Position numbers and translations under genes: made by a program
Notes under the pieces: model-generated
Database searches by the model: none
What the model was told of the DNA's origin: nothing
Seen by the model: only the letters and a program-made list of their open reading frames with translations
In this document: piece by piece, positions 1 through 10,647 of the stretch
How positions within the stretch are numbered: position 1 is the first letter of the stretch
How the letters are laid out: each line of letters starts with the position of its first letter
DNA from: an uncultured Pelagibacteraceae bacterium
Lineage (GTDB): Bacteria; Pseudomonadota; Alphaproteobacteria; Pelagibacterales; Pelagibacteraceae
Direction of reading: 5' to 3'
Length of the DNA stretch: 64,000 nt
NCBI GenBank assembly: GCA_902616675.1
Contig: CACMTV010000004.1
Coordinates: 5,133-69,132 of the forward strand

Positions 1-922
1 CAATCTCTTCACCATTGGAAGAAAAAATTTTTGTATTTTCTCGAGCTATGACTTTTCCCTCAGGTTTAATACCTATTCTTATTTTTTCACTTCCATTTGT
101 TAATAAGTTTTTAATTTTACTCCAACCATTAAAACCACCAGCGTCTTTCCTTTTTTTTGCAATTGCCCATTTAAGATTAGCTTCTATAGGATTAATTTTT
201 TCGTTTAAATCATGACCGTAAAGACATAGTCCAGCTTCTAACCTCAATGTATCTCTTGCACCTAAACCTATAGGCTTGACCCCGTTATCAATTAAAAAAT
301 CAATTAGTTTTTTAACTTTTTTATTAGAAATCGAAATTTCAAAACCATCCTCACCTGTATAACCAGATCTTGTTATATAAAGACTTTCGCTATCATAATT
401 AAAATTATTTCCTGTCATAAATTTTAATTTAGAAACGCCTTGTATTAGTTTTTCTAAAATTTCAACTGACTTAGGTCCTTGTAAAGCTATTAAAGACAAA
501 TCATTATTCAAATAATATTTATGATTTTTATCTAAAAATTTTGATATGTGTTTGATATCATTTTCTTTACACGCCGCATTCAATATTATACAGAAACCTT
601 TATTTGTTTTTGTAATAATTAAATCGTCTATAATTCCACCATTATCATTTAGTAAAAAAGAATATTTTGAGTGATTAACTTTCAATGATTTTAAATCTGA
701 AGGAATGATTTTTTCTAACGCTTCTACTAATTTTTTTTCTCCCTCTAAAAAAAATTGCCCCATGTGTGAAACATCGAAAAACCCAGCGTGAGTTCTAGTT
801 GAAATATGCTCTTTTACAATCCCATCTTTGTATTGAATTGGCATTTCATAACCTGCAAATGGAACAAATTTTGCACCCAAACTTTTGTGTAAATCGTATA
901 AAGCTGTTTTTTGTACACCCAT
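1..922 (-). CDS. gcvT: Glycine cleavage system aminomethyltransferase T (3' end runs off window)
   Basis: Not in ORF track. Manual translation from ATG at 922: MGVQKTALYDLHKSLGAKFVPFAGYEMPIQY...GFFDVSHMG...ITRSGYTGEDGFE...GLGARDTLRLEAGLCLYG, all canonical GcvT motifs; glycine riboswitch upstream. Confidence 0.96.
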   Translation of the reverse strand, partial: MGVQKTALYDLHKSLGAKFVPFAGYEMPIQYKDGIVKEHISTRTHAGFFDVSHMGQFFLEGEKKLVEALEKIIPSDLKSLKVNHSKYSFLLNDNGGIIDDLIITKTNKGFCIILNAACKENDIKHISKFLDKNHKYYLNNDLSLIALQGPKSVEILEKLIQGVSKLKFMTGNNFNYDSESLYITRSGYTGEDGFEISISNKKVKKLIDFLIDNGVKPIGLGARDTLRLEAGLCLYGHDLNEKINPIEANLKWAIAKKRKDAGGFNGWSKIKNLLTNGSEKIRIGIKPEGKVIARENTKIFSSNGEEI

Positions 923-937
923 AATAACTCTTTTTTG

Positions 938-1084
938 CCCCATCTGTTTTGAAACCTGAGAGATTTACTCCTTCGGTGAGGCAAAGCCTGCTTTCCAGAG
1001 TTATTACGGTAACGGTCCTTTTGCCTGAGAGTTTCCGGGGTGGTTGCTCCTTCGGCGCTACAACTTTGTAGTCTCTCCCGTTAC
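938..1084 (-). ncRNA. Tandem glycine riboswitch (two aptamers)
   Basis: Reverse complement shows aptamer 1 (GTAACGGGAGAGA...CGCCGAAGGAGCAA...AACTCTCAGGCAAAAGGACCGTTAC) and aptamer 2 (CTCTGGAAAG...CACCGAAGGAG...ATCTCTCAGGT...ACAGATGGG), directly upstream of gcvT. Confidence 0.95.
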
Positions 1085-1090
1085 GAGAGG

Positions 1091-1119
1091 ACTCTCGTTC
1101 ATTCTGACAAAAAAGTCAA
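1091..1119 (-). promoter_or_regulatory. Putative sigma70 promoter of riboswitch-gcvT
   Basis: TTGACT (1119-1114)-N17-GAGAGT (1096-1091); predicted TSS near 1084 coincides with the 5' end of aptamer P1; the -10 is non-consensus. Confidence 0.45.
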
Positions 1120-1125
1120 ATTAAT

Positions 1126-1992
1126 TTAGGTGTTTATTTCCTTAGATTTATCAGAGCTTTTTAACACTACAGCAGAAATTATTATTAAACCACCAATTAA
1201 TACACTTAAAGGTGGTACTTCATTCAAAAATATCCAAACCCAGATAGGAGCAAAAATTGTTTCTAATAACATCAATAAACCAACTGTTACAGCTTGAGTG
1301 GTTTTAGTACCTATGGTTACACATATAAAGCCAAAAGCAAGTTGAGGTACACCTAATAAAAACCCCATTATAATATCATTCATCGAAAAAGTTAAGCTGC
1401 TCGACAGAAATAATCCGTAGATACCACTAAAAATTCCCGAATAAAAAATTGCTGGGATCATATCAAGTTCAGGAAATTTTCTAATTATCATCACAAGTAT
1501 AGTAAAGTTAATTGGTATTGCAAAAGAGATTACATTTCCTAGTAAAGTTCCTTGATTAATTGAATTTCCCACCATGACAATCATTCCAATCAAAGCTAAA
1601 AAGATGGCAATAAAACCTTTGAATGAAATCTTTTCTTTAAGAAAAAGGTAACCGAATATAGCTAAAAAGATAGTTTGAGTGCTAATGATGAAGACTACAT
1701 TCGCAACAGTAGTCATAGACATTGCAGCTATATAAGCAACAAAACTTAAAGATAAAAATAAACCTGCAACAATTGCCGGAAATCCAGATCTCTTGACAAT
1801 TTCTGTTGTATTTTTTCCATAAGTTAAAACTAAAAAAATTATTAATGTTGTAACAAAAAAGAAAGATCTTATTAGAAGTATTTGCCACATATCTTGAGTT
1901 TCAAATGATCTTATGATTAAGCCTCCCCAGCTTAAAAAAAATCCACCAAGCAAACAAAGTATATATCCTGGAATTTTATAAATTATTTTCAT
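1126..1992 (-). CDS. DMT/EamA family transporter
   Basis: 288 aa, about 10 TM segments, LFLKEKIS and IFLNEVP EamA repeat motifs. Confidence 0.88.
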   Translation of the reverse strand: MKIIYKIPGYILCLLGGFFLSWGGLIIRSFETQDMWQILLIRSFFFVTTLIIFLVLTYGKNTTEIVKRSGFPAIVAGLFLSLSFVAYIAAMSMTTVANVVFIISTQTIFLAIFGYLFLKEKISFKGFIAIFLALIGMIVMVGNSINQGTLLGNVISFAIPINFTILVMIIRKFPELDMIPAIFYSGIFSGIYGLFLSSSLTFSMNDIIMGFLLGVPQLAFGFICVTIGTKTTQAVTVGLLMLLETIFAPIWVWIFLNEVPPLSVLIGGLIIISAVVLKSSDKSKEINT

Positions 1993-3323
1993 TTAAATTT
2001 TTTTAATATTTTTGGAAAATATAAGTGTAAAGTTGAAGCTCTTAAAATCATAAAAATTAATAATGAAAACCAAATACCATAATTATGAAGTTTTTGCGTT
2101 AAAAACGTGGACAAAATTACATAAATTACAACAGATATTATCATGCTATTTCTCATTTCTTTTGTTTGTGTTGCCCCAATGAAAATACCATCTAATTGGT
2201 AGCAAAAAGATGCAATTGGAGGAATTATAATGACCCATAACAAATATTTATATGAGAGGTATCTTAAAAATTCTATATCAGTAATTAAGTTTATTATTTC
2301 TTTTGCATAAATTAAAAATAAAAAACTAATAATTAAACCAGTGGTAAAACTAAGTATCATTGAATTTTTTACAGATGAGAGAAACATCTTCTCTGATTTT
2401 TTTCCTATAGAGTAACCTATTATACTTTCTGTAGAAAATGCGTAGGCGTCTAAAAAGAAAGATGAGATTAGGATTAATTGAATTAAAATCGAATTTATTG
2501 CTATATACTCTTCTCCTAAAGTAGAACCTAAATAAGTTATCCAAAAAAAAGAAAAAGTTAAAAGTATTGTTCTTATAAAGATATTAAAATTAATATTTAA
2601 AAGTTTTAGTATTTTTTTGAAGTTAAAGATTATTTTATTGTTAAATCTTGGTATTATCTTAAATCTTTTTATTATTAAAAAATAAGTGTATATAGAAAAG
2701 ATAATAGTTGTAATATAAAAAGCTATTAATGTACCAAGAGCGATGCCTGACACATCTAAATTTAACTCTGTAACAAAATAAATACTTAAAAATATATTTA
2801 ATAGACTTGATATTATAATTAATAAACTTGAAATAAACGTTTTTTGTATACCTAAATAAAAGCCTATTAAAACATAAGTAATTAATTCTGCAGGCGCCGA
2901 AAATACTCTAATTGAGATATATTCATCAATATAATCTCGCGTTTCTGTAGAAGTTACAAAAATTTGGTTTAAAAAGTGTAAGAGTAAAGGTTTAAGAATT
3001 ATTATTAAAATGGATATGAATACAGCAATTAAGATATTTCTAATTATAATGTAAACTAATTCCCTATAATCTGCTTTCCCTAATGCTTGAGAAATTAAAC
3101 CTACTGTTCCCATTCTCAAAAATCCAAAACTCCAAAAAATCATTGTTAAAAAAGTAGTAGATATACTAGCTGCTATTAGAAACTTCTCATTTTCCATATG
3201 ACCCATAAGACCGGTGTCCACTATTCCAACGAGTGGGATAGCCATATTTGAAAAGAAAATGGGTAAAGAAAGTCTAAATATCTGCCATTTTGTAATATTA
3301 ACAGTTAACCTCATAGCGGCCAT
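1989..3323 (-). CDS. dinF: MATE family efflux transporter (DinF-like)
   Basis: PLVGIVDT...FGFLRMGTVG, FFLDAYA and DGIFIGAT motifs; about 12 TM segments. Confidence 0.9.
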   Translation of the reverse strand: MAAMRLTVNITKWQIFRLSLPIFFSNMAIPLVGIVDTGLMGHMENEKFLIAASISTTFLTMIFWSFGFLRMGTVGLISQALGKADYRELVYIIIRNILIAVFISILIIILKPLLLHFLNQIFVTSTETRDYIDEYISIRVFSAPAELITYVLIGFYLGIQKTFISSLLIIISSLLNIFLSIYFVTELNLDVSGIALGTLIAFYITTIIFSIYTYFLIIKRFKIIPRFNNKIIFNFKKILKLLNINFNIFIRTILLTFSFFWITYLGSTLGEEYIAINSILIQLILISSFFLDAYAFSTESIIGYSIGKKSEKMFLSSVKNSMILSFTTGLIISFLFLIYAKEIINLITDIEFLRYLSYKYLLWVIIIPPIASFCYQLDGIFIGATQTKEMRNSMIISVVIYVILSTFLTQKLHNYGIWFSLLIFMILRASTLHLYFPKILKKFK

Positions 3324-3382
3324 ACGAATGGATAAATTATTCTTTATATAGAAACAATTAAATTATATAAGAAATTTATAAA

Positions 3383-4003
3383 ATGGTTGAACAGTTCATA
3401 ATTGCTATACAAATCATACTAATTGATATTGTAATGGCCGCTGATAACGCGATCATTATAGGTCTAATTGCTGCAAATTTTGCTCCGCAAAATAAAAAAA
3501 AGATAATTGCTTGGGGGGTAGCAGGAGCCTTTGTCTTTAGAATATTTTTTGCCTTCGGCACAGATTACATGCTTGAATACGCATGGATTAAAATTGTTGG
3601 TGGATTGGCGCTTTTATGGATAGTTTATAATATTAGACAAGATTTATTTGGAAAGAATAAAATTAGGTCGCCAGAGATAAAATCTAAAGAGCCAGTTTCT
3701 TTTAAAACAGGAGTGTATAGAATTTTAGTTGCAGATATAACATTGAGTTTTGACAATGTTTTAGGTGTAGTGGGTGCAGCTAAGGATTATTATTATTTAA
3801 TGATAACAGGATTGCTTTTATCTGTTTTTTTAGTAGCAACTCTTGCTACATATTTTGCAAATTACATTAAAGAACATAGATGGTTGGGTTATGTTGGTAT
3901 ATTCGTAATTATAATTGTTGCTTTACAGCTTATAATTGGAGGGCTAATAAACTACGAAGTATTAAGTATAAATGAAAAATATGAAGTTTTATTTAGCATA
4001 TGA
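3383..4003 (+). CDS. TerC/YjbE family integral membrane protein
   Basis: IDIVMAADNA and ADITLSFDNVLGVVGAA motifs. Confidence 0.88.
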   Translation: MVEQFIIAIQIILIDIVMAADNAIIIGLIAANFAPQNKKKIIAWGVAGAFVFRIFFAFGTDYMLEYAWIKIVGGLALLWIVYNIRQDLFGKNKIRSPEIKSKEPVSFKTGVYRILVADITLSFDNVLGVVGAAKDYYYLMITGLLLSVFLVATLATYFANYIKEHRWLGYVGIFVIIIVALQLIIGGLINYEVLSINEKYEVLFSI

Positions 4004-4980
4004 TCGACTTCTGTGTGTTGGGGTCTGGTATTTCAGGATCCACAATAGCAAAACTTTTAAGTAAAAAATATTCTGTTGAAATTATAGACAAAGCCAAAGG
4101 TGTAGGTGGAAGATCATCAAACAAAAAGGTTGATGGATCTATAAATTTCGATCATGGTTTGCAATATTATTCTTTTAAAGAACCTAAATTTGGAAGATTT
4201 TTAAAAAAATTAATGAAGATGAAAGTTCTTAAGTATTGGGATGGAAATCACTTAGATTTTACTTTTAAAAAAAAAATAAACACTCCGAAAATTATAGGTA
4301 TTAATGGTAACAATGATTTAAATAAATATTTGTTAAAAAATATCAAGAAAAATTTAAATCAAGAAATAATAAATATAAAGTTTAAAAAAACTCATTGGGA
4401 AATATACGGAAAAAAAAATATATACAAAGCTAAAAATTTAGTGATTTCATTTCCATTTGAACAAACAAAAAAGCTAGCAAAAAAATATCTTACACGAAGA
4501 CTGTTAAATTTAGGAATTAAAATGAGCCCAAATATAACTTTGATGTTAAGGCAAAAAGGGTTACAAAACCTAGCAATTAGCAGTATGAAATTTAATAATA
4601 AATTAATCTCTTGGGCTGCTAATGAAAATAGTAAAAAAAGATTTACAAGCAAAGAAAATTTCTGGACAATTCAAGCCACTACAAATTATTCTAAAAAAAT
4701 TATAAATGTTTACAAAAAAAAGAAAGTTTATTTTTCAAATTTATTAACAAAAGAATTCTCCAATATTTTAAATTGTAACTATAAAGATTTTCAAGTTTTT
4801 AAAATCCATGGATGGAAATATTCATCTAATCAAATCAGTTCAGGTACAAAATGTTATTGGGACAGCCATTTTAAAATTGGTTTATGTGGTGATTGGTTTA
4901 TAGGACCCAAAGCTGAGTCAGCGTGGCTAAGTGCGAATGACCTTTTTAAAAAAATAAAAAAAACCCGCCTAAATAATTAG
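4000..4980 (+). CDS. Renalase-like NAD(P)/FAD-dependent oxidoreductase
   Basis: GSGISG, DKAKGVGGR, FDHGLQY, HGWKYS and LCGDW...ESAWLS motifs. Confidence 0.82.
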   Translation: MIDFCVLGSGISGSTIAKLLSKKYSVEIIDKAKGVGGRSSNKKVDGSINFDHGLQYYSFKEPKFGRFLKKLMKMKVLKYWDGNHLDFTFKKKINTPKIIGINGNNDLNKYLLKNIKKNLNQEIINIKFKKTHWEIYGKKNIYKAKNLVISFPFEQTKKLAKKYLTRRLLNLGIKMSPNITLMLRQKGLQNLAISSMKFNNKLISWAANENSKKRFTSKENFWTIQATTNYSKKIINVYKKKKVYFSNLLTKEFSNILNCNYKDFQVFKIHGWKYSSNQISSGTKCYWDSHFKIGLCGDWFIGPKAESAWLSANDLFKKIKKTRLNN

Positions 4981-4989
4981 ACGGGTTTT
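4956..4989 (-). terminator. Intrinsic terminator after the outer-membrane protein gene (probably bidirectional)
   Basis: Minus strand AAAACCCGTCTAA-TTAT-TTAGGCGGGTTTTTTTT (G-U pair on this strand); lies between convergent genes. Confidence 0.85.
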
Positions 4990-5012
4990 AATTTTTTTAA
5001 TTTTAATTTTAA

Positions 5013-5705
5013 TTAAAATTTATAACCTAAAGACGCTGATAACATTGTTACATCAAGATCTGCTTCAATCAAGTTGTTTCCTGTTACCCCAGCTCTAGCT
5101 ACAGATGATCTTAAACTGATGTCTTCATACTCAATTCGATTAATTTCGAATCTTCCTACAGCATTTGTGTAGATATCGAATTCAACACCTGCTCCGTAAG
5201 AAATACCAGTTAAAGTTTCGTTTCCATATTTAGAACCTGTTTCTAAACTCTCAAGCGTGTTTAAATCAACTTGAACATATCCTAACTTTACGTAAGCACC
5301 ATTTGCTCCGTAAGTTGCATATAATGTCATGTGATTTTCTAACTCTGCTTGGGCTTTCTGAGTTCTTGAAGTATTAGCTGCAGTAGCTGTACCAGTAACT
5401 GACGCCTCTGTATCTGTTCTTTGGTTAACGCTTGAACTTACATCTGCAGAACCAGGAATATAATCTAATCCTAATGATAATCCAGTTCCACCTATGTCGT
5501 TGTATTCTACGAATATAGAACCAACACCAGCGTTGTTAGATACACTACCGTCTGTTTTCTCACCACCTTCGGTCTCAGTACCACTTGCGTCTATCATGGC
5601 CATAGATCCCGTAACTCCTACTGTAACTCCGTATTCAGCAAGTGCGTAACTTGAACCGAAAACAGATAGCAAGAATGCTAGGGTTAAAGCTTTGATATTT
5701 TTCAT
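5013..5705 (-). CDS. Outer-membrane beta-barrel protein
   Basis: Signal peptide (MKNIKALTLAF...ALA), amphipathic beta strands, C-terminal LGYKF Bam signal; AGGAG RBS before ATG at 5705. Confidence 0.85.
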   Translation of the reverse strand: MKNIKALTLAFLLSVFGSSYALAEYGVTVGVTGSMAMIDASGTETEGGEKTDGSVSNNAGVGSIFVEYNDIGGTGLSLGLDYIPGSADVSSSVNQRTDTEASVTGTATAANTSRTQKAQAELENHMTLYATYGANGAYVKLGYVQVDLNTLESLETGSKYGNETLTGISYGAGVEFDIYTNAVGRFEINRIEYEDISLRSSVARAGVTGNNLIEADLDVTMLSASLGYKF

Positions 5706-5865
5706 ATTACTCCTTAGTAAATTGTACAATTAACTTTCTAATTCTTTATGATAATTGAGCCTTTATGTCTACTTTAAAAAAACCACAGAAATTGTAAAAA
5801 ATTTTAAAAAAATGTTGATTTTGTTGATTTTTTGTGTTGCTTAAAAACCACACATATTGATTAAA

Positions 5866-7374
5866 TTATTGGAAAATTGAACTATTTTGGCCTTTTTTGC
5901 CGGTTAATTTTTTTTTAATTTTTGGGTTCAAGCTAAGTAAATCTCTGTGTTTAAGGTTTTTTAGATTTTGAACAAGGCTGAGAAACCTCTTGGATTCGGA
6001 TTGAGTAATTATGCCTTCAGTTAAAGTCTTAAATTTTTCAATGTAATTTGCTCTTCTAAAAGGCCTTAAACCATTAGGATGAGCGTCTGCTACCTCTTTT
6101 TCCTCCTGAATTAAAGATCCATCTTTCATTTTTACAATAACCTTTCCACCGAAAGATTTTTTTCTTGGGTCAGACTCATGATATTTTTTTGTCCATTTTG
6201 GATCTTCAAAAGTTTCAATCTTATTCCAAAGTTCAATAGTAGTTTTTTTATTTGCACGCTCTCTTGTATAAGATTTTATATGATGCCAATTACCGTCTTC
6301 CAAAGCAACAGCAAAAATATACATAATAGAATGATCTAAAGTTTCTCTACTTGCATTAGGGTCCATTTTTTGAGGGTCATTTGCACCAGTGCCAATAACA
6401 AAGTGAGTATGATGACTTGTGTGAATTTCAATTTTAGATATTTGAGATTTGTCTTTTATCTTTTTACTTAAACTTTTTGCTAAATCTATTAACGCTTGGG
6501 ATTGATATTCAGCTGAATGTTCTTTTGTGTATGTTTCTAGTATTGCTCTTTTTTCCTCATTTATATTTGGTAAAGGAACAGTATACTCTTTTTCAGGTCC
6601 TGAAAGTATGTAAGCAATAATACTATCTTCACCCTCGTAAATTGGGCTAGGAGCCCCTTCTCCTCTCATGCACCTATCAACTGACTCAATTGCTAGTTTT
6701 CCTGCATGTGATGGAGCAAAAGCTTTCCAGCTAGAAATTTCTCCTTTTCTAGATTGTCGTGTTGATATCGTCGTGTGAAGGGCTTGTTGAATAGATTGAT
6801 AAATTATCTCTTTATCTAATTTTAAAAGTGTTCCTATTCCTGCAGCTACACTTGGTCCCAAATGAGCTATATGGTCGATTTTATGTTCGTGAAGACATAT
6901 ACCTTTTACTAAATTTACTTGGATTTCATATCCAGTTAAAATTCCCTTGATTAAATTCATTCCGTCAATTTTTTTTTGTTGAGCTACTGCTAGTATCGCA
7001 GGAATATTATCGCCAGGATGGCTATAATCAGCAGCCAAGAAAGTATCGTGAAAATCTAATTCTCTAACAGCGGTTCCATTAGCCCATGCCGCCCATTCAC
7101 AATGGACTTTTATTTTTGGATCAACACCAAATAAAGTAGCTCCATTTTTTTTTTGATGTGCAAGCGCCATATCTCTTGCCGAAACTACAGGTTTTCTATT
7201 TAAAGAGGCAATTGCGACTGAAGCATTGTCTATAATTCTATTTATTACCATCTCAATAGTATCTGCAGATGGTCTTGCTTTATCGGCAGCTACTTCAGCT
7301 ATTTTCCACGCCAACTGATCTTCCTTTTTTAATAAAGCGGAAGAAGGATAGGTTTTAACCTTAATTTCTTGCAT
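5866..7374 (-). CDS. prpD: MmgE/PrpD family 2-methylcitrate dehydratase
   Basis: [33 protein letters not shown] and ETLDHS motifs. Confidence 0.9.
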   Translation of the reverse strand: MQEIKVKTYPSSALLKKEDQLAWKIAEVAADKARPSADTIEMVINRIIDNASVAIASLNRKPVVSARDMALAHQKKNGATLFGVDPKIKVHCEWAAWANGTAVRELDFHDTFLAADYSHPGDNIPAILAVAQQKKIDGMNLIKGILTGYEIQVNLVKGICLHEHKIDHIAHLGPSVAAGIGTLLKLDKEIIYQSIQQALHTTISTRQSRKGEISSWKAFAPSHAGKLAIESVDRCMRGEGAPSPIYEGEDSIIAYILSGPEKEYTVPLPNINEEKRAILETYTKEHSAEYQSQALIDLAKSLSKKIKDKSQISKIEIHTSHHTHFVIGTGANDPQKMDPNASRETLDHSIMYIFAVALEDGNWHHIKSYTRERANKKTTIELWNKIETFEDPKWTKKYHESDPRKKSFGGKVIVKMKDGSLIQEEKEVADAHPNGLRPFRRANYIEKFKTLTEGIITQSESKRFLSLVQNLKNLKHRDLLSLNPKIKKKLTGKKGQNSSIFQ

Positions 7375-7376
7375 AT

Positions 7377-10049
7377 CTAATTAAGCATATTTCTTAATAC
7401 ATATTGAAGTATTCCGCCGTTTTTGTAATATTCAATTTCATTTTCTGTATCAATTCTACAAAGTAGTTGAATTTTTTTACTTGAACCATCTTTATACTTT
7501 ATTTCACAAGATATCTCATCCCGAGGTTTTATTCCTTTTTCAATGTTGATTATAGTCAAGAGTTCCGACCCATTTATTTTTAATTTTTTTCTGTCATAAC
7601 CATCTTTAAACTGTAAAGGTAAAACTCCCATACCGACAAGGTTAGATCTATGAATTCTCTCAAAACTCTCAGCTATGACTGCTTTTATTCCTAGTAATTT
7701 AGTTCCCTTCGCGGCCCAATCTCTAGATGAGCCTGTACCGTACTCTTTGCCTGCAATTACAACTAAATCGTTATTCCTTTTCTTATACTCCATAGCTGCA
7801 TCATAAACACTCATAACTTTCCCATCTGGCTGAAGTGTAGTAAATCCTCCCTCAGTTTCAGGAGCCATTTCATTTCTAATTTTGATATTGCCAAAAGTTC
7901 CTCGCATCATTACTTCATGATTTCCTCTTCTTGCACCATAGGAATTAAAATCCTTTTGTTGAATTTGATGTTTCATAAAATAATCTCCTGTGGGGCTCTC
8001 TTTTTTAATACTTCCTGCTGGTGAAATATGATCTGTAGTTACTGTGTCGCCTAACAATAAAAGCACTCTTGCATCATTTATTGCTTTAAATCCCTCGGGT
8101 TTATCTGAAAGATTATCAAAAAAAGGCGGTCTTTTCACATAAGTTGAATTTTCTTCCCAATTATAAATATCACTATCTACAGTATTTATTTCTCTCCACT
8201 CTTTTGGGCCCTCTGAAACATTTGAATATCTTTTTTTAAACATATCGGCATTTAATGATGTAAGCATTATATCTTCAATTTCTTTATTGCTTGGCCAAAT
8301 ATCTTTCAAGAAAACATCTTTTCCGTCCTTATCTTTTCCTAATGAAGATTTAAACAAATCAAAGTTCATATTACCTGCTAACGCATAAGCAACTACTAGA
8401 GGGGGTGACGCTAAATAATTTGCTTTCACATCAGGATTAATTCTGCCCTCAAAGTTTCTGTTTCCAGATAAAACTGATACAGCGTATAAATCTTTGTTAT
8501 TTATAGCTTCAGAAATATTTTTGTTTAGTGGTCCTGAGTTTCCTATACAAGTTGTGCAACCATATCCTACTAGATTAAAACCTAACTCATCTAAATATTT
8601 ATTTAAACCAGCCTTTTCTAAATAATCAGTGACAACTTGTGATCCTGGTGCCAAAGAAGTTTTGACCCAAGGTTTTACTTTTAATCCTTTTTCATGAGCC
8701 TTTTTAGCAACAAGTCCAGCCCCAATTAGAACGCTAGGATTTGATGTGTTAGTGCAAGACGTAATTGCTGCAATTACAATATCTCCATCTTTTAATTTAA
8801 AATCTGCACCAGCAACTTCTGATTCAATAGGCTTAGATCTTTCAGTATTTTCCTTATAAACCTTTGCAAATGCTCTTGCTGCTTCAGTAAGTAAAACTTT
8901 ATCTTGAGGTCTCTTTGGACCAGAAATGCTTGTTACAACCGTGCTTACATCAAGTGAAACTGTATCAGTAAACTCAATGTCATTACTTGACCATAGTCCT
9001 TGCTCTTTAGAGTATTTCTCTACTAAAGATATTGTAGCGTTGTCTCTTCCGGATAATTTTAAATATTTTAAAGACTCTTCATCAACTGGGAAAAAACCAC
9101 AAGTCGCTCCATATTCAGGCGCCATGTTAGCGATTGTTGCTCTATCTGCTAAAGTTAAATTTTTAAGTCCTGCTCCATAAAACTCTACAAATTTTCCTAC
9201 AACTCCTTTTTTTCTCAGCATTTCAACAATTGTTAAAACTAGGTCTGTTGCGGTTGTGCCTTCTTTTAGTTTTCCTCTCAATTCAACTCCAATTACTTCT
9301 GGAATTAACATTGAAATAGGTTGTCCCAACATTGCTGCTTCAGCTTCGATACCACCTACTCCCCATCCTAATACTGATAAACCATTGACCATTGTTGTGT
9401 GGCTATCAGTTCCTACTAAAGTATCAGGGTAAGCATATAAATCGCTTCCACTTTTGGATGACCAAACAACTTTAGATAAATATTCTAAGTTTACTTGATG
9501 GCAAATTCCTGTACCTGGTGGCACCACTCTGAAATTATCAAATGCTTTTTGCCCCCATTTTAAAAATGAGTAGCGCTCTCCATTTCTAGAAAATTCTCTC
9601 TCAACATTTTTATCAAATGATTTACCAGAAGCATATTCATCAACCATCACTGAGTGGTCTATTACTAAGTCTACAGTGGATAAAGGATTTATTTTTTCTG
9701 GATCTTTGTTTTTATTTTTTACTGCATCTCTCATAGCAGCTAAATCTGCCACTGCTGGGATGCCTGTGTAATCTTGCATTAAAACTCTAGCCGGTCTGTA
9801 AGCTATTTCAGTATTAGATTTTTTATTTTTTAACCAGTCTTTAATAGCTAAAATCTGTTTTTTATTGACAGTCAAATCATCTTCATATCTTAACAAATTT
9901 TCCAATAAAACTTTAAGAGATTTTGGAAGCTTTGAAATACCTTCTAAACCATTTTTTTCTGCCTTTTTTAAATTGAAGAATTTATATTCTTTGCCAGATG
10001 ACGAAATACTGTCTAGTGATTTAAAGGAATTTTTACTATTAAATTGCAT
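7377..10049 (-). CDS. acnA: Aconitate hydratase A
   Basis: [41 protein letters not shown] and [10 protein letters not shown] motifs. Confidence 0.98.
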   Translation of the reverse strand: MQFNSKNSFKSLDSISSSGKEYKFFNLKKAEKNGLEGISKLPKSLKVLLENLLRYEDDLTVNKKQILAIKDWLKNKKSNTEIAYRPARVLMQDYTGIPAVADLAAMRDAVKNKNKDPEKINPLSTVDLVIDHSVMVDEYASGKSFDKNVEREFSRNGERYSFLKWGQKAFDNFRVVPPGTGICHQVNLEYLSKVVWSSKSGSDLYAYPDTLVGTDSHTTMVNGLSVLGWGVGGIEAEAAMLGQPISMLIPEVIGVELRGKLKEGTTATDLVLTIVEMLRKKGVVGKFVEFYGAGLKNLTLADRATIANMAPEYGATCGFFPVDEESLKYLKLSGRDNATISLVEKYSKEQGLWSSNDIEFTDTVSLDVSTVVTSISGPKRPQDKVLLTEAARAFAKVYKENTERSKPIESEVAGADFKLKDGDIVIAAITSCTNTSNPSVLIGAGLVAKKAHEKGLKVKPWVKTSLAPGSQVVTDYLEKAGLNKYLDELGFNLVGYGCTTCIGNSGPLNKNISEAINNKDLYAVSVLSGNRNFEGRINPDVKANYLASPPLVVAYALAGNMNFDLFKSSLGKDKDGKDVFLKDIWPSNKEIEDIMLTSLNADMFKKRYSNVSEGPKEWREINTVDSDIYNWEENSTYVKRPPFFDNLSDKPEGFKAINDARVLLLLGDTVTTDHISPAGSIKKESPTGDYFMKHQIQQKDFNSYGARRGNHEVMMRGTFGNIKIRNEMAPETEGGFTTLQPDGKVMSVYDAAMEYKKRNNDLVVIAGKEYGTGSSRDWAAKGTKLLGIKAVIAESFERIHRSNLVGMGVLPLQFKDGYDRKKLKINGSELLTIINIEKGIKPRDEISCEIKYKDGSSKKIQLLCRIDTENEIEYYKNGGILQYVLRNMLN

Positions 10050-10052
10050 GCG

Positions 10053-10641
10053 CTATACATAAAACAAAATTACACAAACGATAAGCAAAAAAGACATTGC
10101 GTAATTAAAATTCTTTATAAATTTATCACTTGTGGCGAATTTTCTCATGTATTTTCCCATTAAACACCAAGCGGTTTGACTTCCTACGGCCATAAAGAAC
10201 CACACCGACGTTAAGATTATTGAGTCTCTTAAGTAATTATTTTCAGTGTCTATGAAGAGAGAAATAGAAGTCAATCCAACAATAATGCTCTTTGGATTTA
10301 CAAATTGAAACCAGAAAGTATTTAGAAAAGTTACTGGTTTTGGATCAATTTTATTATCTTTTGTTTGACCACCAAAAGATAGTTTGTAAGCCATATATAA
10401 AAGATAAATTGATCCAAGAATTTTAATTGTGCTTTGAATAAATTGATATTTCTCAAAAAACTGCAGCGGATGTTAATTGCAAAAGTATAATCAGAAGCGT
10501 CCACCCAATTATTACACCAAGCATTGTAGGTATAGCTTTTCTAAAACCAAAGTTAAATGCTGTATAAGATGTCATTATATTATTAGGTCCAGGCGAAAAA
10601 GCTGTAGCAATACCAAAAAGGATTAATGGAAGAATTTGCAT
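10053..10641 (-). pseudogene. LysE family translocator, +1 frameshift in A6 run at 10455-10460 (pseudogene or sequencing error)
   Basis: Two ORF fragments (SPGPNN... and FQFVNPK...). Removing one base gives a continuous ~195 aa LysE protein (…AVFEKYQFIQSTIKILGSIYLLYMAYKL…). Confidence 0.85.
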
Positions 10642-10647
10642 TTTTGT

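Noticed and set aside
15-215. 66-aa plus-strand ORF
   Set aside because: Antisense shadow of gcvT, which the ORF track missed because it runs off the window edge
5013-5705. Higher-GC stretch as horizontally acquired DNA
   Set aside because: The same shift is seen in SBP and metY genes, consistent with amino-acid composition and high-expression codon bias; no mobility signatures
10453-10455. In-frame TGA in lysE as possible selenocysteine or stop-codon recoding
   Set aside because: The downstream half is in a different frame; a 1-nt homopolymer indel explains it
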